Positions 50,011 through 61,417 of a stretch of DNA of 64,000 nucleotides are shown piece after piece. The notes under the pieces are model-generated. The model searched no databases and had not been told where the DNA came from. It worked only from the letters and a program-made list of their open reading frames with translations. The DNA is taken from positions 1,951,625 through 2,015,624 of the forward strand of contig OZ252016.1 of assembly GCA_965247475.1 (NCBI GenBank), given 5' to 3'. Both the position numbers and the translations under genes were made by a program. This DNA is from Chloroflexota bacterium. Lineage in GTDB: Bacteria > Chloroflexota > UBA11872. The number at the start of each line of letters is the position of its first letter. The first letter of the stretch is position 1.

Positions 50011-50586
50011 ATGGCGCTCACGACGCTCCTCAGACGCGGTCTAATCGCCGCTGTTGCCATGACCGCCATCGTCGTAGTGGGGGCCTGCGGCGACGGCCAA
50101 ACGTCCGCGTCGACCGACGCCGCCGCCGAGGCCGGTTCGGGCAGCGGGGGACGGTCGATCGTCACCGGGCGCGAGCAGATGGCGAATCTCGTCCTGACCG
50201 AACAGGACGCCGGCCGTCTGATTGAGGCGTCCTTCTATCGCTACGACATCGGGCAGCCGGATCAGAAGGGCGTCGAGATCAAGCTCTCGGGCGATAACGC
50301 TTCGACGTTGCGATGGCGCATGGCCGAGCTGGCCGATCCGCTGATCATGGAATGGTATGCGATCGACGGGAAGCTGGCGTTCGAGACCGACGGGCTGCTG
50401 GGCGACCCGGCCACGGCGGCGAAGCTGGTCGAGCTGCGCGGCAACTCGATTGGTGAGGCGACCTTCGTGTTCGAGTTGGTCGAACGCGACCCGGCCAAGC
50501 GCACGGGGCCACCGGCCGAACGGCTGGAGTTCATGTTCACGATTCCGAGGCCGAGGATCAATCCCGGCCTGGACGCGCCGATGTAG
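50011..50586 (+). CDS. Paralogous lipoprotein family member 8
   Basis: LRRGLI...VGAC; shared core; tail TIPRPRINPGLDAPM. Confidence 0.9.
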   Translation: MALTTLLRRGLIAAVAMTAIVVVGACGDGQTSASTDAAAEAGSGSGGRSIVTGREQMANLVLTEQDAGRLIEASFYRYDIGQPDQKGVEIKLSGDNASTLRWRMAELADPLIMEWYAIDGKLAFETDGLLGDPATAAKLVELRGNSIGEATFVFELVERDPAKRTGPPAERLEFMFTIPRPRINPGLDAPM

Positions 50587-50625
50587 ACGGATCGGGCCGA
50601 TCGCAACGACGCACGATGAGGAACG

Positions 50626-50648
50626 GCCCCTTCGACAGGCTCAGGACG
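50626..50648. repeat. Single A module
   Basis: CCCCTTCGACAGGCTCAGGACG. Confidence 0.7.
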
Positions 50649-50712
50649 GGCTGATCGCTGCTATGTCGGGGAGAGGCCCTCGTCGGTCCGATGGGCGCGC
50701 CGCTCCCGACCC

Positions 50713-51468
50713 GTGACCGCCGCCGGCAGGTGGGCAGCCCACCATAGATTCGTGGCTGGCACGATCCGACGCGCCGTACTCATTCCGACCGCGCTCGCCT
50801 GCGCGCTGCTGACGGCCTGCGGGGATACGGTCGGCATCGGCCCAGAGGCGTTCGATCCGGATCGATTCCAGATCATGATGGTGGAGCGGCCGTGGGAGAC
50901 GATCCGCGGCGTCACGACCTCGACATCACCGTCGGCCGGGATCGATATGCGTGTCGAGTTCGCGGTCGATCGTGTCCGGCGGATGGCGTGGTCGAAGGGA
51001 GAGGTCAGGTCCGACGGCGAACGTCAGATCGCGGTCGAAGCCATCCTGATTGAGAACCGGGCCTATCTGCGCGGGCAGACGCTTCGCGGAAGCACCGGCT
51101 GGATCACCGCGGAGCGGGGCGAGCGCTTCGGGCCGTTGCACGTGGTGGCCATGGCCGCCGCGGACCCGTTCAGCACAGCGCATCTGGCGCGCAGGTGGTC
51201 GGCGTTCTCGGTCGTGGACTGCGGCACGGCGCGCACGTGCTTCGTGCTGCGCGCCGACGTCGCGCCCGACGACCGGCTGCTCGTGGATACCGACAGTTAC
51301 CTGCCGGTCGGTTTCTCGAGCAATCGCGCGCGCGGCCGGACGCAGCTGGAGGCCAGCGTGGAGTGGAATGCGGACGTGCGCGTCGAGGCCCCGCTAGACG
51401 CACGCGAGGTCAGCGCCGAGGCGTTCGCGGCCGCCCATGCGGCACTCCTGTTCGACGCGATTCCGTGA
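50713..51468 (+). CDS. Hypothetical lipoprotein (possibly LppX/LolA-like beta fold)
   Basis: LLTAC lipobox; ILIENRAYLR...GWI...LLVDTDSYLP pattern recalls LppX-type folds. Start uncertain. Confidence 0.6.
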   Translation: MTAAGRWAAHHRFVAGTIRRAVLIPTALACALLTACGDTVGIGPEAFDPDRFQIMMVERPWETIRGVTTSTSPSAGIDMRVEFAVDRVRRMAWSKGEVRSDGERQIAVEAILIENRAYLRGQTLRGSTGWITAERGERFGPLHVVAMAAADPFSTAHLARRWSAFSVVDCGTARTCFVLRADVAPDDRLLVDTDSYLPVGFSSNRARGRTQLEASVEWNADVRVEAPLDAREVSAEAFAAAHAALLFDAIP

Positions 51469-51596
51469 TGCGTCGCTTCGCGAGCGGGGACATCGCGACC
51501 GGCCGGCGGGCCTCGTGCCCGCGGCACGCCGCGTCTAAACTGCCGTGGTGCAGTGACGGTGCGCGGCTGCCACGGGCGCGCAGGGGGCGATGGACG

Positions 51597-52193
51597 ATGA
51601 GGCGAGCGGGCAATCGACGCGGCTTCGCGGCCGTTGCCGCATTCGTTTGCCTGGCCGTGCTGGTCGCGTGCGGCGACGGTGCGGCCAACGGTGGTGCAGC
51701 GGCCGACGCGCCAATCGACCGCTCGGCCGCGACGGGTGCCGAGGCCGGGAGCCAGCACCAGATCCTCACCGAGGACGACGCCGGCGGTGATGTGATCGAC
51801 GTGCCGTTTTTCTTTGTCGACATCGGCCTCCCCGACAAGAAGGGCCTGGAGATCTACTTGACGGGCGACGATGCGTCGACGCTGCGATGGCGGCTCGCGC
51901 AGAAGCCTGATCCGGTCTTCATGGAGTGGTACGCGGTGGACGGCGAACCCGCGCTCGAGACCGACGACCTGGTCGGCGACCCGGCGACCGCGGCGAAGGT
52001 TCTGGAGTTTCGCGGCGCCGGCCACGGCGAAACGAGCGTCATTCTCGAACTCGTCGAGCGTGATCCGGCCAACCGAACGGGCGAGCCCGCCAAGCGACTC
52101 GAATACAACTTCGCGATCTCCACGTTCACGCCGCGCTGCAATCCGTCCACCGGGTGCCCAGAGGGCAGCGCCGGCCGCACGCTGGTGGCGTAG
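51597..52193 (+). CDS. Paralogous lipoprotein family member 9
   Basis: NRRGF...LVAC; shared core; tail ...PRCNPSTGCPEG... Confidence 0.9.
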   Translation: MRRAGNRRGFAAVAAFVCLAVLVACGDGAANGGAAADAPIDRSAATGAEAGSQHQILTEDDAGGDVIDVPFFFVDIGLPDKKGLEIYLTGDDASTLRWRLAQKPDPVFMEWYAVDGEPALETDDLVGDPATAAKVLEFRGAGHGETSVILELVERDPANRTGEPAKRLEYNFAISTFTPRCNPSTGCPEGSAGRTLVA

Positions 52194-52544
52194 CCGCCGC
52201 ACTTGCCGCGGGATGGCGGGCGTGTCGTTCGGCGCGACGGTCGCCGTCGGTTGGCTCGCGTGGTCGGCGCGCACACGGAATCGCCAGAGGCCGACGCGAG
52301 GCCTCCACGGCGGCGCCGGGGCGGGTTGCGGGCGGCGGGGTTTCGTCGCAGAGTTAGGCGTGGCGCGGGCGGATACGCGGTCGGCCTGCCAGGCACGCTG
52401 CGGTTCACGAACCTGGGGCAGGCCACGTCCGGCGTGGATTGGCGGCCTCTGAGCCGGTCCAGACACGGCGCGGCGAGTGGGCCGCGCGCCTGACACCGGC
52501 GGCAATCTTGCGGCCGATGGTTCTAGGAGAAGGGTGACGTACGT

Positions 52545-53486
52545 ATGACGAGCGAATCAGGCAGCGCACCGATCAGCGGCGTGATTCCGCCGCTCATCAC
52601 ACCGTTCGATGACGACGGCGATATCTACCAGCGCGGCCTGGAGAACGTGATCGAGTTCCTGATTCAGGGAGGCGTGCACGGATTGTTCGCGATCGGCTCG
52701 TACGGCAGCTTCCCGCTGCTCGAGACGTCCGAGCGCCGACAGCTGGCCGAGCTGATTCTGCGCATCGTGGACGACCGAATCCCGGTGATCATCCAGGTTG
52801 GCTCGCCGGCTACACATTTGGCCGTCGGGCTGGCGCAGCACGCCGCGGAGTCCGGCGCCGCCGCCGTGGCCTCCGTGGTGCCCTTCTACTACAGCGGGTT
52901 CGCCTACAAGGACGACGAGCTGGTGGACCACTACGCGGCGCTGTGCGAGGCGGTTGATGTTCCTGTCTACGCCTACAACAACCCCAAGACGACCGGGTTC
53001 CATATGAGCTCGGGCCTGATCCAGCGGCTGGCGGCGGTCGGCGTGAGCGGCATGAAGGACAGCTCCGGCGACTACGCGTATTTGGTCGAGGTCCTTCGCG
53101 AGGTTCGCGAGGTGTATCCCAAATTCAACGTGATGGCGGGCTCGGCGTCGCTGTATCAGCCGCTGTTCTATCAGGGGGCGCGGGGATGCGTGGCGGGTAC
53201 GGCGAACGCGTTTCCCGAGGTGCTGGTGGCGCTCCACCGGGCGCTCACGAGCGGAGACGTGGCCCGAGCCAGCGAGCTCCAGGGCCTGATCATCGCGCTG
53301 CGCAAGATCCAGGCTATTCGAGGCTTCCGCCCGGCGAGCTGCTACACGCTGCTGCGGATTCGCGGGGTCGATGCCGGCACCGTGCGCGCGCCGTGGGTGC
53401 AGCCGGATGCGCGGCAGGCCAAGGAGATGGAGGATGCGCTGGCCGCGCTGAGCATCCTCCAGGAACTCCAGCCGGTCGCCGCCTGA
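52545..53486 (+). CDS. DapA/NAL-family aldolase (2-keto-3-deoxy sugar acid aldolase-like)
   Basis: GVIPPLITPF, GSYGS, PVYAYNNP, GMKDSSGD. Confidence 0.9.
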   Translation: MTSESGSAPISGVIPPLITPFDDDGDIYQRGLENVIEFLIQGGVHGLFAIGSYGSFPLLETSERRQLAELILRIVDDRIPVIIQVGSPATHLAVGLAQHAAESGAAAVASVVPFYYSGFAYKDDELVDHYAALCEAVDVPVYAYNNPKTTGFHMSSGLIQRLAAVGVSGMKDSSGDYAYLVEVLREVREVYPKFNVMAGSASLYQPLFYQGARGCVAGTANAFPEVLVALHRALTSGDVARASELQGLIIALRKIQAIRGFRPASCYTLLRIRGVDAGTVRAPWVQPDARQAKEMEDALAALSILQELQPVAA

Positions 53487-53604
53487 CCCGCGCGCCGAGC
53501 AATTGCGGTCGCCCGCTGGACGGCAAAGACGGCGGTCCGGCGTGGCCGGTTGCTCGAGCGTCGGCGCGGACAGGCGTGCGCGTGAGCCTGCCTAGGCGAG
53601 GGCC

Positions 53605-54588
53605 ATGACGCGATTCGATCTAGTGACGATCGGCGAGTTGCTCTACGTCCTGCGCGCGCCGTATCCCGGCCGCCTGGAGCAGACCCCGACGCTGAGCTGT
53701 CACGTCGGCGGCGCGGAGGCGAACGTCGCGATCGGCGTGACCCGACTGGGCTGGTCCGCCGCGCTGATCACCAAGGTCACCAACAACTTCATCGGCCGCT
53801 TCGCCGTCAACGAGGTCCGCGGCGCCGGAGTTGATGTGTCTCGCGTCATCTGGACGGACACGGGCCGCATGGGTCTGCTGTTCCAGGAGCTTGGCGTCCC
53901 GCCGCGGCCGGCCGAGAGCGTCAACGACCGGTTGCACAGCGCCTTCACGCAACTGGCGCCGGAGGAGGTGGATTGGACCCAGGTGCGCGCGGCCAAGCGC
54001 CTGTTCGTCAGCGGGGTCACGGCCGCGCTGGGCGATCGGCCCCGCCAGCTGGTACGACGCGCCGTTCGGGAGGCCAAGAGCGCCGGAACGCAGGTCGTCT
54101 TCGACTGCAATCACCGCGCGCGGCTGTGGTCCACCGACGAGGCCCGCGCCTTTGTCGCGCCGCTGCTCGACGACGTGGACGTGCTGTTTCTGAAAGCGGA
54201 CGAGGCGCGGTCGATTCTGGGCCTCGCGGGCGAACCGGCTGAGATCGTCGAGCGGCTGCGCGGCGACCACGGGATCGAGATCGTCGTGCTGAGTCTCGGC
54301 GGCGACGGCGCTATCGCGAGCGACGGGACGATCGCGCAGGCGCCCGCCATCCCCGTGCAGATCGTCAACCGGTTTGGGATGGGCGACGCGTTCATCGCGG
54401 GGTTTCTCTGCGGCCACGCGAGCGGCGGGCTGCGCCAGGGCCTGGACTATGGCCGAGCGCTGGCCGCGCTCAAGGCGACGTATGCGAACGAGAACTTCGC
54501 GCTGGTGTCGCGCGCCGACGTGGAACGCTTGCTCGGCACAATGAACGGTGGCGGCGACACTGCGGTCCAGGGGGAGATCGCTCGATAG
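53605..54588 (+). CDS. kdgK: PfkB sugar kinase, 2-keto-3-deoxygluconate kinase-like
   Basis: IGELL, GGAEANVAIG, VSGVT, FDCNHRARLW, NRFGMGDAFIAGF. Confidence 0.8.
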   Translation: MTRFDLVTIGELLYVLRAPYPGRLEQTPTLSCHVGGAEANVAIGVTRLGWSAALITKVTNNFIGRFAVNEVRGAGVDVSRVIWTDTGRMGLLFQELGVPPRPAESVNDRLHSAFTQLAPEEVDWTQVRAAKRLFVSGVTAALGDRPRQLVRRAVREAKSAGTQVVFDCNHRARLWSTDEARAFVAPLLDDVDVLFLKADEARSILGLAGEPAEIVERLRGDHGIEIVVLSLGGDGAIASDGTIAQAPAIPVQIVNRFGMGDAFIAGFLCGHASGGLRQGLDYGRALAALKATYANENFALVSRADVERLLGTMNGGGDTAVQGEIAR

Positions 54589-54837
54589 GCTCGCGTCTCC
54601 GCGGCGGCTGGCGAGCCCACAGCTGCTGGTGATCTCGGCCGGCGATTGCCGCTGGATTGGCCCCCGCAAGACACCGTGGCACGATTGCGACGCTCCGCCG
54701 AAGCCGCTTCGAGTCTAGGGATGGGAGCTAGCGATCGATACGTCACACCTGAAGCTCGCACCGCTCCACGCACTGGCAGCGCACGCCCGCTCACATCTCG
54801 CGCGTGGCATTCGCGCGAATCTGCTCTCTGAGGTCCC

Positions 54838-56170
<1,333 letters not shown>

Positions 56171-57286
56171 TGTGCGGACCGGGGACATCATTTACAGATG
56201 GTCGGGGACATGGTTTACACAGTCCGCCCAGTGGTGGGAGATACAGATGTGCCATTTGAGGCGCGAGCGGTGAGCGACCAGCGGGCGGAGTTTGGGGCGC
56301 TGGCTACGCAGCCGGGCGCGAACCGGCGGAGGCTGTGCCAGCGGTTCGGGATCTCGACGCCGACGGGCTCCAAGTGGCTGCGGCGCTACGTCGCGGAAGG
56401 CGTGGGCGGCTTGCAGGACCGCTCGCGGCGCCCGCACCGCAGTCCGGCGCGGACGGCCCCGGCCATCGAGCAGGCCGTCCTCACCCTGCGCGCGCAGCAC
56501 CCCACCTGGGGGCCGCGCAAGCTGCGGGTGCGGCTGGCCCGCCAGGGCGTCCAGCCGCTGCCGGCGGTCTCGACCATCAGTGCCCTCCTGGGGCGCCATG
56601 GGGCCCTGCACCCCGCGCAGGGGGCCGGCCAGCCGCGCGCGTACCAGCGGTTCGAACATCCGCACCCCAACGCGTTGGGGCAGATGGACTTCAAAGCCGG
56701 CTGGCCCTGCGGCCCCGGCCGCTGCCATCCGCTGACGATCCTCGACACCACTCGCGCTACGCCCTCGGCCTGGCCGCCTGCCCCAATCAGCGCACCGCCA
56801 CCGTGCGCGCCCACCTGATCCACACCTTCCAGCGCTACGGGCTGCCCGCCCGCCTGCTGGTCGACAACGGCAGTCCCTGGGGCAACCACCCGGCGCATCC
56901 CTACACCCCGCTGACCATCTGGCTGCGCCGCTTGGGCATCGCCGTCAGCCACCGCCGGCTCTACCACCCCCAGACGCTGGGCAAGGACGAGCGCTTCCAC
57001 GGCACCTTGCCGCGCGACCTCGCGCGGCAGCCGCCGCTGCCCTACGGCCCCGAGGACCAGGTCCGCCGGGTCCAGGCGGGCGGGTGGGTGTCGTTTCAGG
57101 GCCGCCACCTCCGGCTGCCCAAGGCCCTGCGCGGACAGCCCGTGGCGTTTCGGCCGACGGCCACCGACGGCTGCTGGGCGATCCGGTTTCTGACCGACGA
57201 TCTGGGCACCCTGGACCTGCGGGCACCCGCCTCAATGTGTAAACCATGTCTCCCAACACCTGTAAACCATCTGTCCGGTCTGGACA
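56171..57286 (+). mobile_element. IS481-family insertion sequence with degenerate transposase
   Basis: Ends TGT...ACA with 26-bp imperfect inverted repeats (19/26) and duplicated subterminal GGACAT..TTTACA motifs. Transposase from GTG 56249 (KWLRRY..DRSRRPHRSP, WGPRKL, QMDFK, LVDNG, GKDERF) has a frameshift near 56745 and an apparent internal deletion. Confidence 0.9.
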
Positions 57287-57615
57287 CAGGGAGAGGGAAC
57301 TTGGCGCGTGCGTGTGCCGCTCGATCTCGGGAAGAGCACACGCCAGAGCTTGCGGTGGGGCGGCGCCATAGGGCCGGGCCGAGCCCGAGGAGGTCGAACG
57401 CTCGCGCGGATTCGGAACCGAAGCGCCGGCGCTACCAGAGCACGGGCGCCGGGTACTGAGCGATGGCTGGGTCCGGCGTCACGATCGTCATGTGATTCAG
57501 GATGGCCTGCGCGACCAGGCCGCGGTGGAACGGATCCGGGTGATACGGGGACAGCCCTTGCTCGCGGGGTGTCGGAGCCAAGCCTCTACGTGGGTCGCGG
57601 GCATGGCGACCGCCG

Positions 57616-59838
57616 TCAGGCAGTCGTCGCGTCGGGGTCTGTTACCAGCGGCGGTATTCGAGTCGCCCAACCAGCGACCAGGGCGGTCGCGGCCATGCCA
57701 ATCGCCAGCACGGTAGCTAGGACGGATACAGCCTGTGTGGTTCCGTGAGGCGCTGGCACGCCGAGGCTCGTGTTGTAGGTGGCTGCCAGGACCAAACCGG
57801 AGGCGACGGCGAGCCCGAAGGCGAGTACCAGTGGAGCAGCGAACAGCACACTGAGATCCACGGCGAGCAGCTTCCGGGTGGCGCCCAGACAGCGAAGCAT
57901 TCTGAATTCCGCCTGGCGCTGGCGGAAGAGCAACAGGACGCCATAGAGCAGCGCGACCACTGCCATTCCGGAGGCCGTGGTGGCCATCACCAGCAGGTAC
58001 GGATTGCCGATCAATGTGTTGTTCGTGATCCCAGAACGGAGGGCGGTCCGGGTGGTTGCCGACTGGACGTCGGGCTGGTTCCGCAGACCTTGTATGACGT
58101 GGCGCAGGGACTCCGGCGCGCCGTCCGTGGTGACAAGCAGGAGGCCGTATTCCGACGGGGGTTGGCGGTCGACGATCAGCACCGCTCGACCTTCGGTCCA
58201 CGACGCCGTGATCTGGCCTCCCACGGGGTAGATGCCGGGGATGGAGAGATCTACGCCAGAGCGGGGATCGGTGGTCACCATCACGGTCGCCGATTCGGTT
58301 TGGCGGCTCAGGTAGATGCTCCCTGACGCGCATGGCGCGTCGAGCTCTACCGAACCGGGCACATCGCCGCAAGTCATCGTGTACAAGGATCTGTCTTCTC
58401 CGTCGACGCTGGCGGGATGCCGTGCCACCGACACGACCCGGTTGACGCCATCAATAGCGGCCACCGTACCGACGATCCGTTCGAAGAATGTGTCACGTGC
58501 TACGACATCGGGTGTTACGCCATCCGGTGTTACGCGATCGAACTGAGCGACCACGTCGAAGTTCCCGACGGGGGGCGGGCGGTTATCAAAGTTCGAGTAC
58601 GCGACAAACACGATCAGGAGAACCGCCACCGCGGTGGCGGATACGCCCAGAAGGGCATCGGCGCCCGACCGTGACATTCTCGATCCTGCTATTTGCGCCC
58701 GCGTGCGGCTGACAACGACCCGGCCCGAAGCGGTCACGGCGATCCGGGCCAGCCCCTCGAGACCCACAACGCTCAAGACCAGTCCACCGGAAATCAGCCA
58801 TACCGACAGCCCAAAGTCCGCTTTGGAGGCCGCGAACACAGCCATGGGACCGGCCAGCAGACCGGCCGCCGAGAGGTACGAGAGGTAGGAGACACGTGGG
58901 CGGACCCTGCGCAGGGTCCCAACCGGATCGCGGCTGGCCCGGCGGACCGTTCGAGCGACACTCACCAGTCCAACCATCACGGTGACCAGCGGCAAGGCAA
59001 CCCCCAGCGTGACGGGAAGACGCAGATCGCTCGACCAGTACGAACTCCCAGCCAGCGTGAACGGTCCCAACGACGACATGACGACCGCGTAGGCAGCCGA
59101 TCCCACCAATGCCCCCGCCAGCAGGGGAATCGCCATATCGGCCGCGATCGCTACGGCCAGCTGCCGGGGCGGCGCGCCCAGGACCCTCAACAATCCGTAA
59201 CGGCGCGACCTGGTGTTGAGGTGCACCGAGGCCCCGGCCCTCGCCAGCGCCACCGACGGGAGCACAAGTACGAGAAGTCCCACCAGCACGAAACTGGTAT
59301 CAGGCGCCCAACCCCTGCCCGCGCGAATTGGATGGAAGCTCGATGCGCCCTCCGACGGAACCGCATCGATGAACGCTACGATCACCATTTCGCGTGGGTG
59401 GACCAGGGCTGCATCGGGAAGCGCTCGAACCTCCCGGTCGCCCAGCCACGCGCCCAGTTCGCCCGTCCAATCGTCCTTGAGCTGGGCGAGCACCGCCGGG
59501 GAGGCCAAAGCGGTCCCTGGCGCCCCGACCCGGGGGATACCGGGCAGACCGAGCTGCTGTCCCGCTTCTCCCGCGAAGACCGTGGCCGCCAGCGGTCCGT
59601 AGCCAGTGGCGACCAGCCTGGATGACCGCAGCGGCCCATCGGCCGGCGCTAACCTGGGCGGCAACCCGCGAGGGCCGTCCCGCACCACGGTGGAGGTGTG
59701 TTGGGCAAGGACTCCGTAATGGAATCCCAACGCCAGCGAAAGCCCGACACATGAGATCGCACCGACCGCGATCAGTGGAATCCACGCGGCCAGCGCCCGT
59801 ACCGAGTGGGGCCAGATGAACCTAGCGAACAGCCTCAT
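57616..59838 (-). CDS. FtsX-like ABC transporter permease (two FtsX modules)
   Basis: RRYGLLRVLGAPPRQL and RQAEFRMLRCLGATRK motifs, multi-TM. Confidence 0.85.
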   Translation of the reverse strand: MRLFARFIWPHSVRALAAWIPLIAVGAISCVGLSLALGFHYGVLAQHTSTVVRDGPRGLPPRLAPADGPLRSSRLVATGYGPLAATVFAGEAGQQLGLPGIPRVGAPGTALASPAVLAQLKDDWTGELGAWLGDREVRALPDAALVHPREMVIVAFIDAVPSEGASSFHPIRAGRGWAPDTSFVLVGLLVLVLPSVALARAGASVHLNTRSRRYGLLRVLGAPPRQLAVAIAADMAIPLLAGALVGSAAYAVVMSSLGPFTLAGSSYWSSDLRLPVTLGVALPLVTVMVGLVSVARTVRRASRDPVGTLRRVRPRVSYLSYLSAAGLLAGPMAVFAASKADFGLSVWLISGGLVLSVVGLEGLARIAVTASGRVVVSRTRAQIAGSRMSRSGADALLGVSATAVAVLLIVFVAYSNFDNRPPPVGNFDVVAQFDRVTPDGVTPDVVARDTFFERIVGTVAAIDGVNRVVSVARHPASVDGEDRSLYTMTCGDVPGSVELDAPCASGSIYLSRQTESATVMVTTDPRSGVDLSIPGIYPVGGQITASWTEGRAVLIVDRQPPSEYGLLLVTTDGAPESLRHVIQGLRNQPDVQSATTRTALRSGITNNTLIGNPYLLVMATTASGMAVVALLYGVLLLFRQRQAEFRMLRCLGATRKLLAVDLSVLFAAPLVLAFGLAVASGLVLAATYNTSLGVPAPHGTTQAVSVLATVLAIGMAATALVAGWATRIPPLVTDPDATTA

Positions 59839-60533
59839 GCCGCCGTGCGCTCGTCGATCAGTCTTCCCTGATCCAACCGAAGCACACGATCTGAAGCGGC
59901 CGACACCAGAGGGTCATGGGTAACGATCAACACACCCACGCCGAAAGCTTCGGCGATCCCGTGCAGCTCGCTCATCACCAACTCGGAGTTGCGCTCATCC
60001 AGCGCGCCGGTCGGTTCGTCACAAAACACGATGCTTGGCTTCATCGTCAATGCCCGTGCTATCGACGCCCGCTGCAACTCCCCGGACGACAGCGTCGACG
60101 GATAGCTCTCGGTCATGGGGCGGAGACCGAACCGGTCCAGCAACTCGCATGCCTGCTCATGGGCGTGGCGCGGTTTGGTGCCCGCCACGACGAGCGGAAT
60201 CGCTACGTTGGCGGCAACCGTAAGGTCGTCCAGGAACGCCGGAAACTGGAAAACGAACCCACAGGTCGCTCGGCGGATCAGGGTGATATCCGGCTCACCT
60301 AGGCTCCAAACGTCAGCATGGTCCTCCCAAGCGACCGTACCCGCCTGCGGCTGACGCAGGCCAGCCAGAGCATAGAGGAGGGTCGATTTTCCCGATCCAC
60401 TCACCCCGACCACGGCGGTGACCTCCCCGTGGTGGAGATCTAGATCGACACCACTGAGGACGCTCCGCTCACCAAAGCTCTGGATCAGCCCTCGGCCCGC
60501 AAGGGCTGGCTCTGCCGTAGCCATCTGGATCAC
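59835..60533 (-). CDS. ABC transporter ATP-binding protein (LolD/MacB-like)
   Basis: GVSGSGKST, GFVFQF, LSSGELQRASIARAL, CDEPTGALD, VTHD. Confidence 0.93.
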   Translation of the reverse strand: MIQMATAEPALAGRGLIQSFGERSVLSGVDLDLHHGEVTAVVGVSGSGKSTLLYALAGLRQPQAGTVAWEDHADVWSLGEPDITLIRRATCGFVFQFPAFLDDLTVAANVAIPLVVAGTKPRHAHEQACELLDRFGLRPMTESYPSTLSSGELQRASIARALTMKPSIVFCDEPTGALDERNSELVMSELHGIAEAFGVGVLIVTHDPLVSAASDRVLRLDQGRLIDERTAA

Positions 60534-60654
60534 CTCCTACCGACTCCCACTCTGCACCAGCGCGAAGCTCCTGGCCAGGCAGCGGGCCGAACCACGAATG
60601 CCCCCGGCTCGCGGGACACGCCGCCGTTCGTCGGCTCCGCCGGAATCGATCAGA

Positions 60655-61110
60655 ATGCCAGTCGCGCCGGCCACAACGACCGATGCCATACATCCAAGCG
60701 GCAAGAGCCTGAGCCGTCCGCGCCTGCGGCGCTCGGGCTGTTTCACACTGCTGGGCGCGCTCATTCTCGTGGTCGCCGTCCTGGTGGTCGTCGAGGCCAA
60801 CACCGCGTTCGTCCAGGACCTGGCGCTCGAAGCGCTCATGGGGACGAAGCGTACCCGGATACCCTGCGCTCAGTGGCCGACGCCGGACGAGGCTCGGCAA
60901 GCCATCGACGCACACCCGCGGGTCGTCAGCCAGATCGTGGCGGTCAGCCCCCGGGTGGTTAGCGTCGAGGTCGAGCAGAGGAAACGCTGCCCGGGGAGGG
61001 CATTGATCATGATCTACTTTCCCGGGCGGCGCGAAGGGAACGCCATCAAATCGATCCTCGGTGATGAGAACTACTTCTTCGGCGTCCCCTACGAGATGCG
61101 AAACATCTAG
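60655..61110 (+). CDS. Hypothetical membrane-anchored protein
   Basis: One TM (LLGALILVVAVLVVV) then a small domain ending FFGVPYEMRNI. Start uncertain. Confidence 0.6.
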   Translation: MPVAPATTTDAIHPSGKSLSRPRLRRSGCFTLLGALILVVAVLVVVEANTAFVQDLALEALMGTKRTRIPCAQWPTPDEARQAIDAHPRVVSQIVAVSPRVVSVEVEQRKRCPGRALIMIYFPGRREGNAIKSILGDENYFFGVPYEMRNI

Positions 61111-61417
61111 CGCGCACCGTCGCGGCCGAGCAAGTGCATACGGCGATGGCCGCGCTCGGACGGCTCTCCACCGAGCTGGGTGCAGGCGCGCGCGACATCC
61201 AGGCCTTCGACCGGCTCGGCGGCGGCCCGCCCCTTCGAGGCGGGCGCCTCCAACATGCCCGGGCGGCTCACGCTGCCTCGCTCGCCCGGTGTGGGACCGG
61301 CGGGCATCCGTCCGTGACACCTCGCTAGCTGCTCGGCAACCGGCGACAATGAAGCGCGTTGCCGTCAGTGCCGGGCCCGTGGTCCATGCACCCGTGTGCT
61401 CCGACTGGAGATGACCC

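Noticed and set aside
6033-50648. CRISPR array from the CCTTCGACAGGCTCAGG repeats
   Set aside because: Copies are dispersed or at most three together, with irregular spacing and no unique equal-length spacers; no cas genes.
17066-52193. Diversity-generating retroelement behind lipoprotein tail variation
   Set aside because: No reverse transcriptase and no near-identical TR/VR pair; tails differ in length and at all bases, not only adenines.
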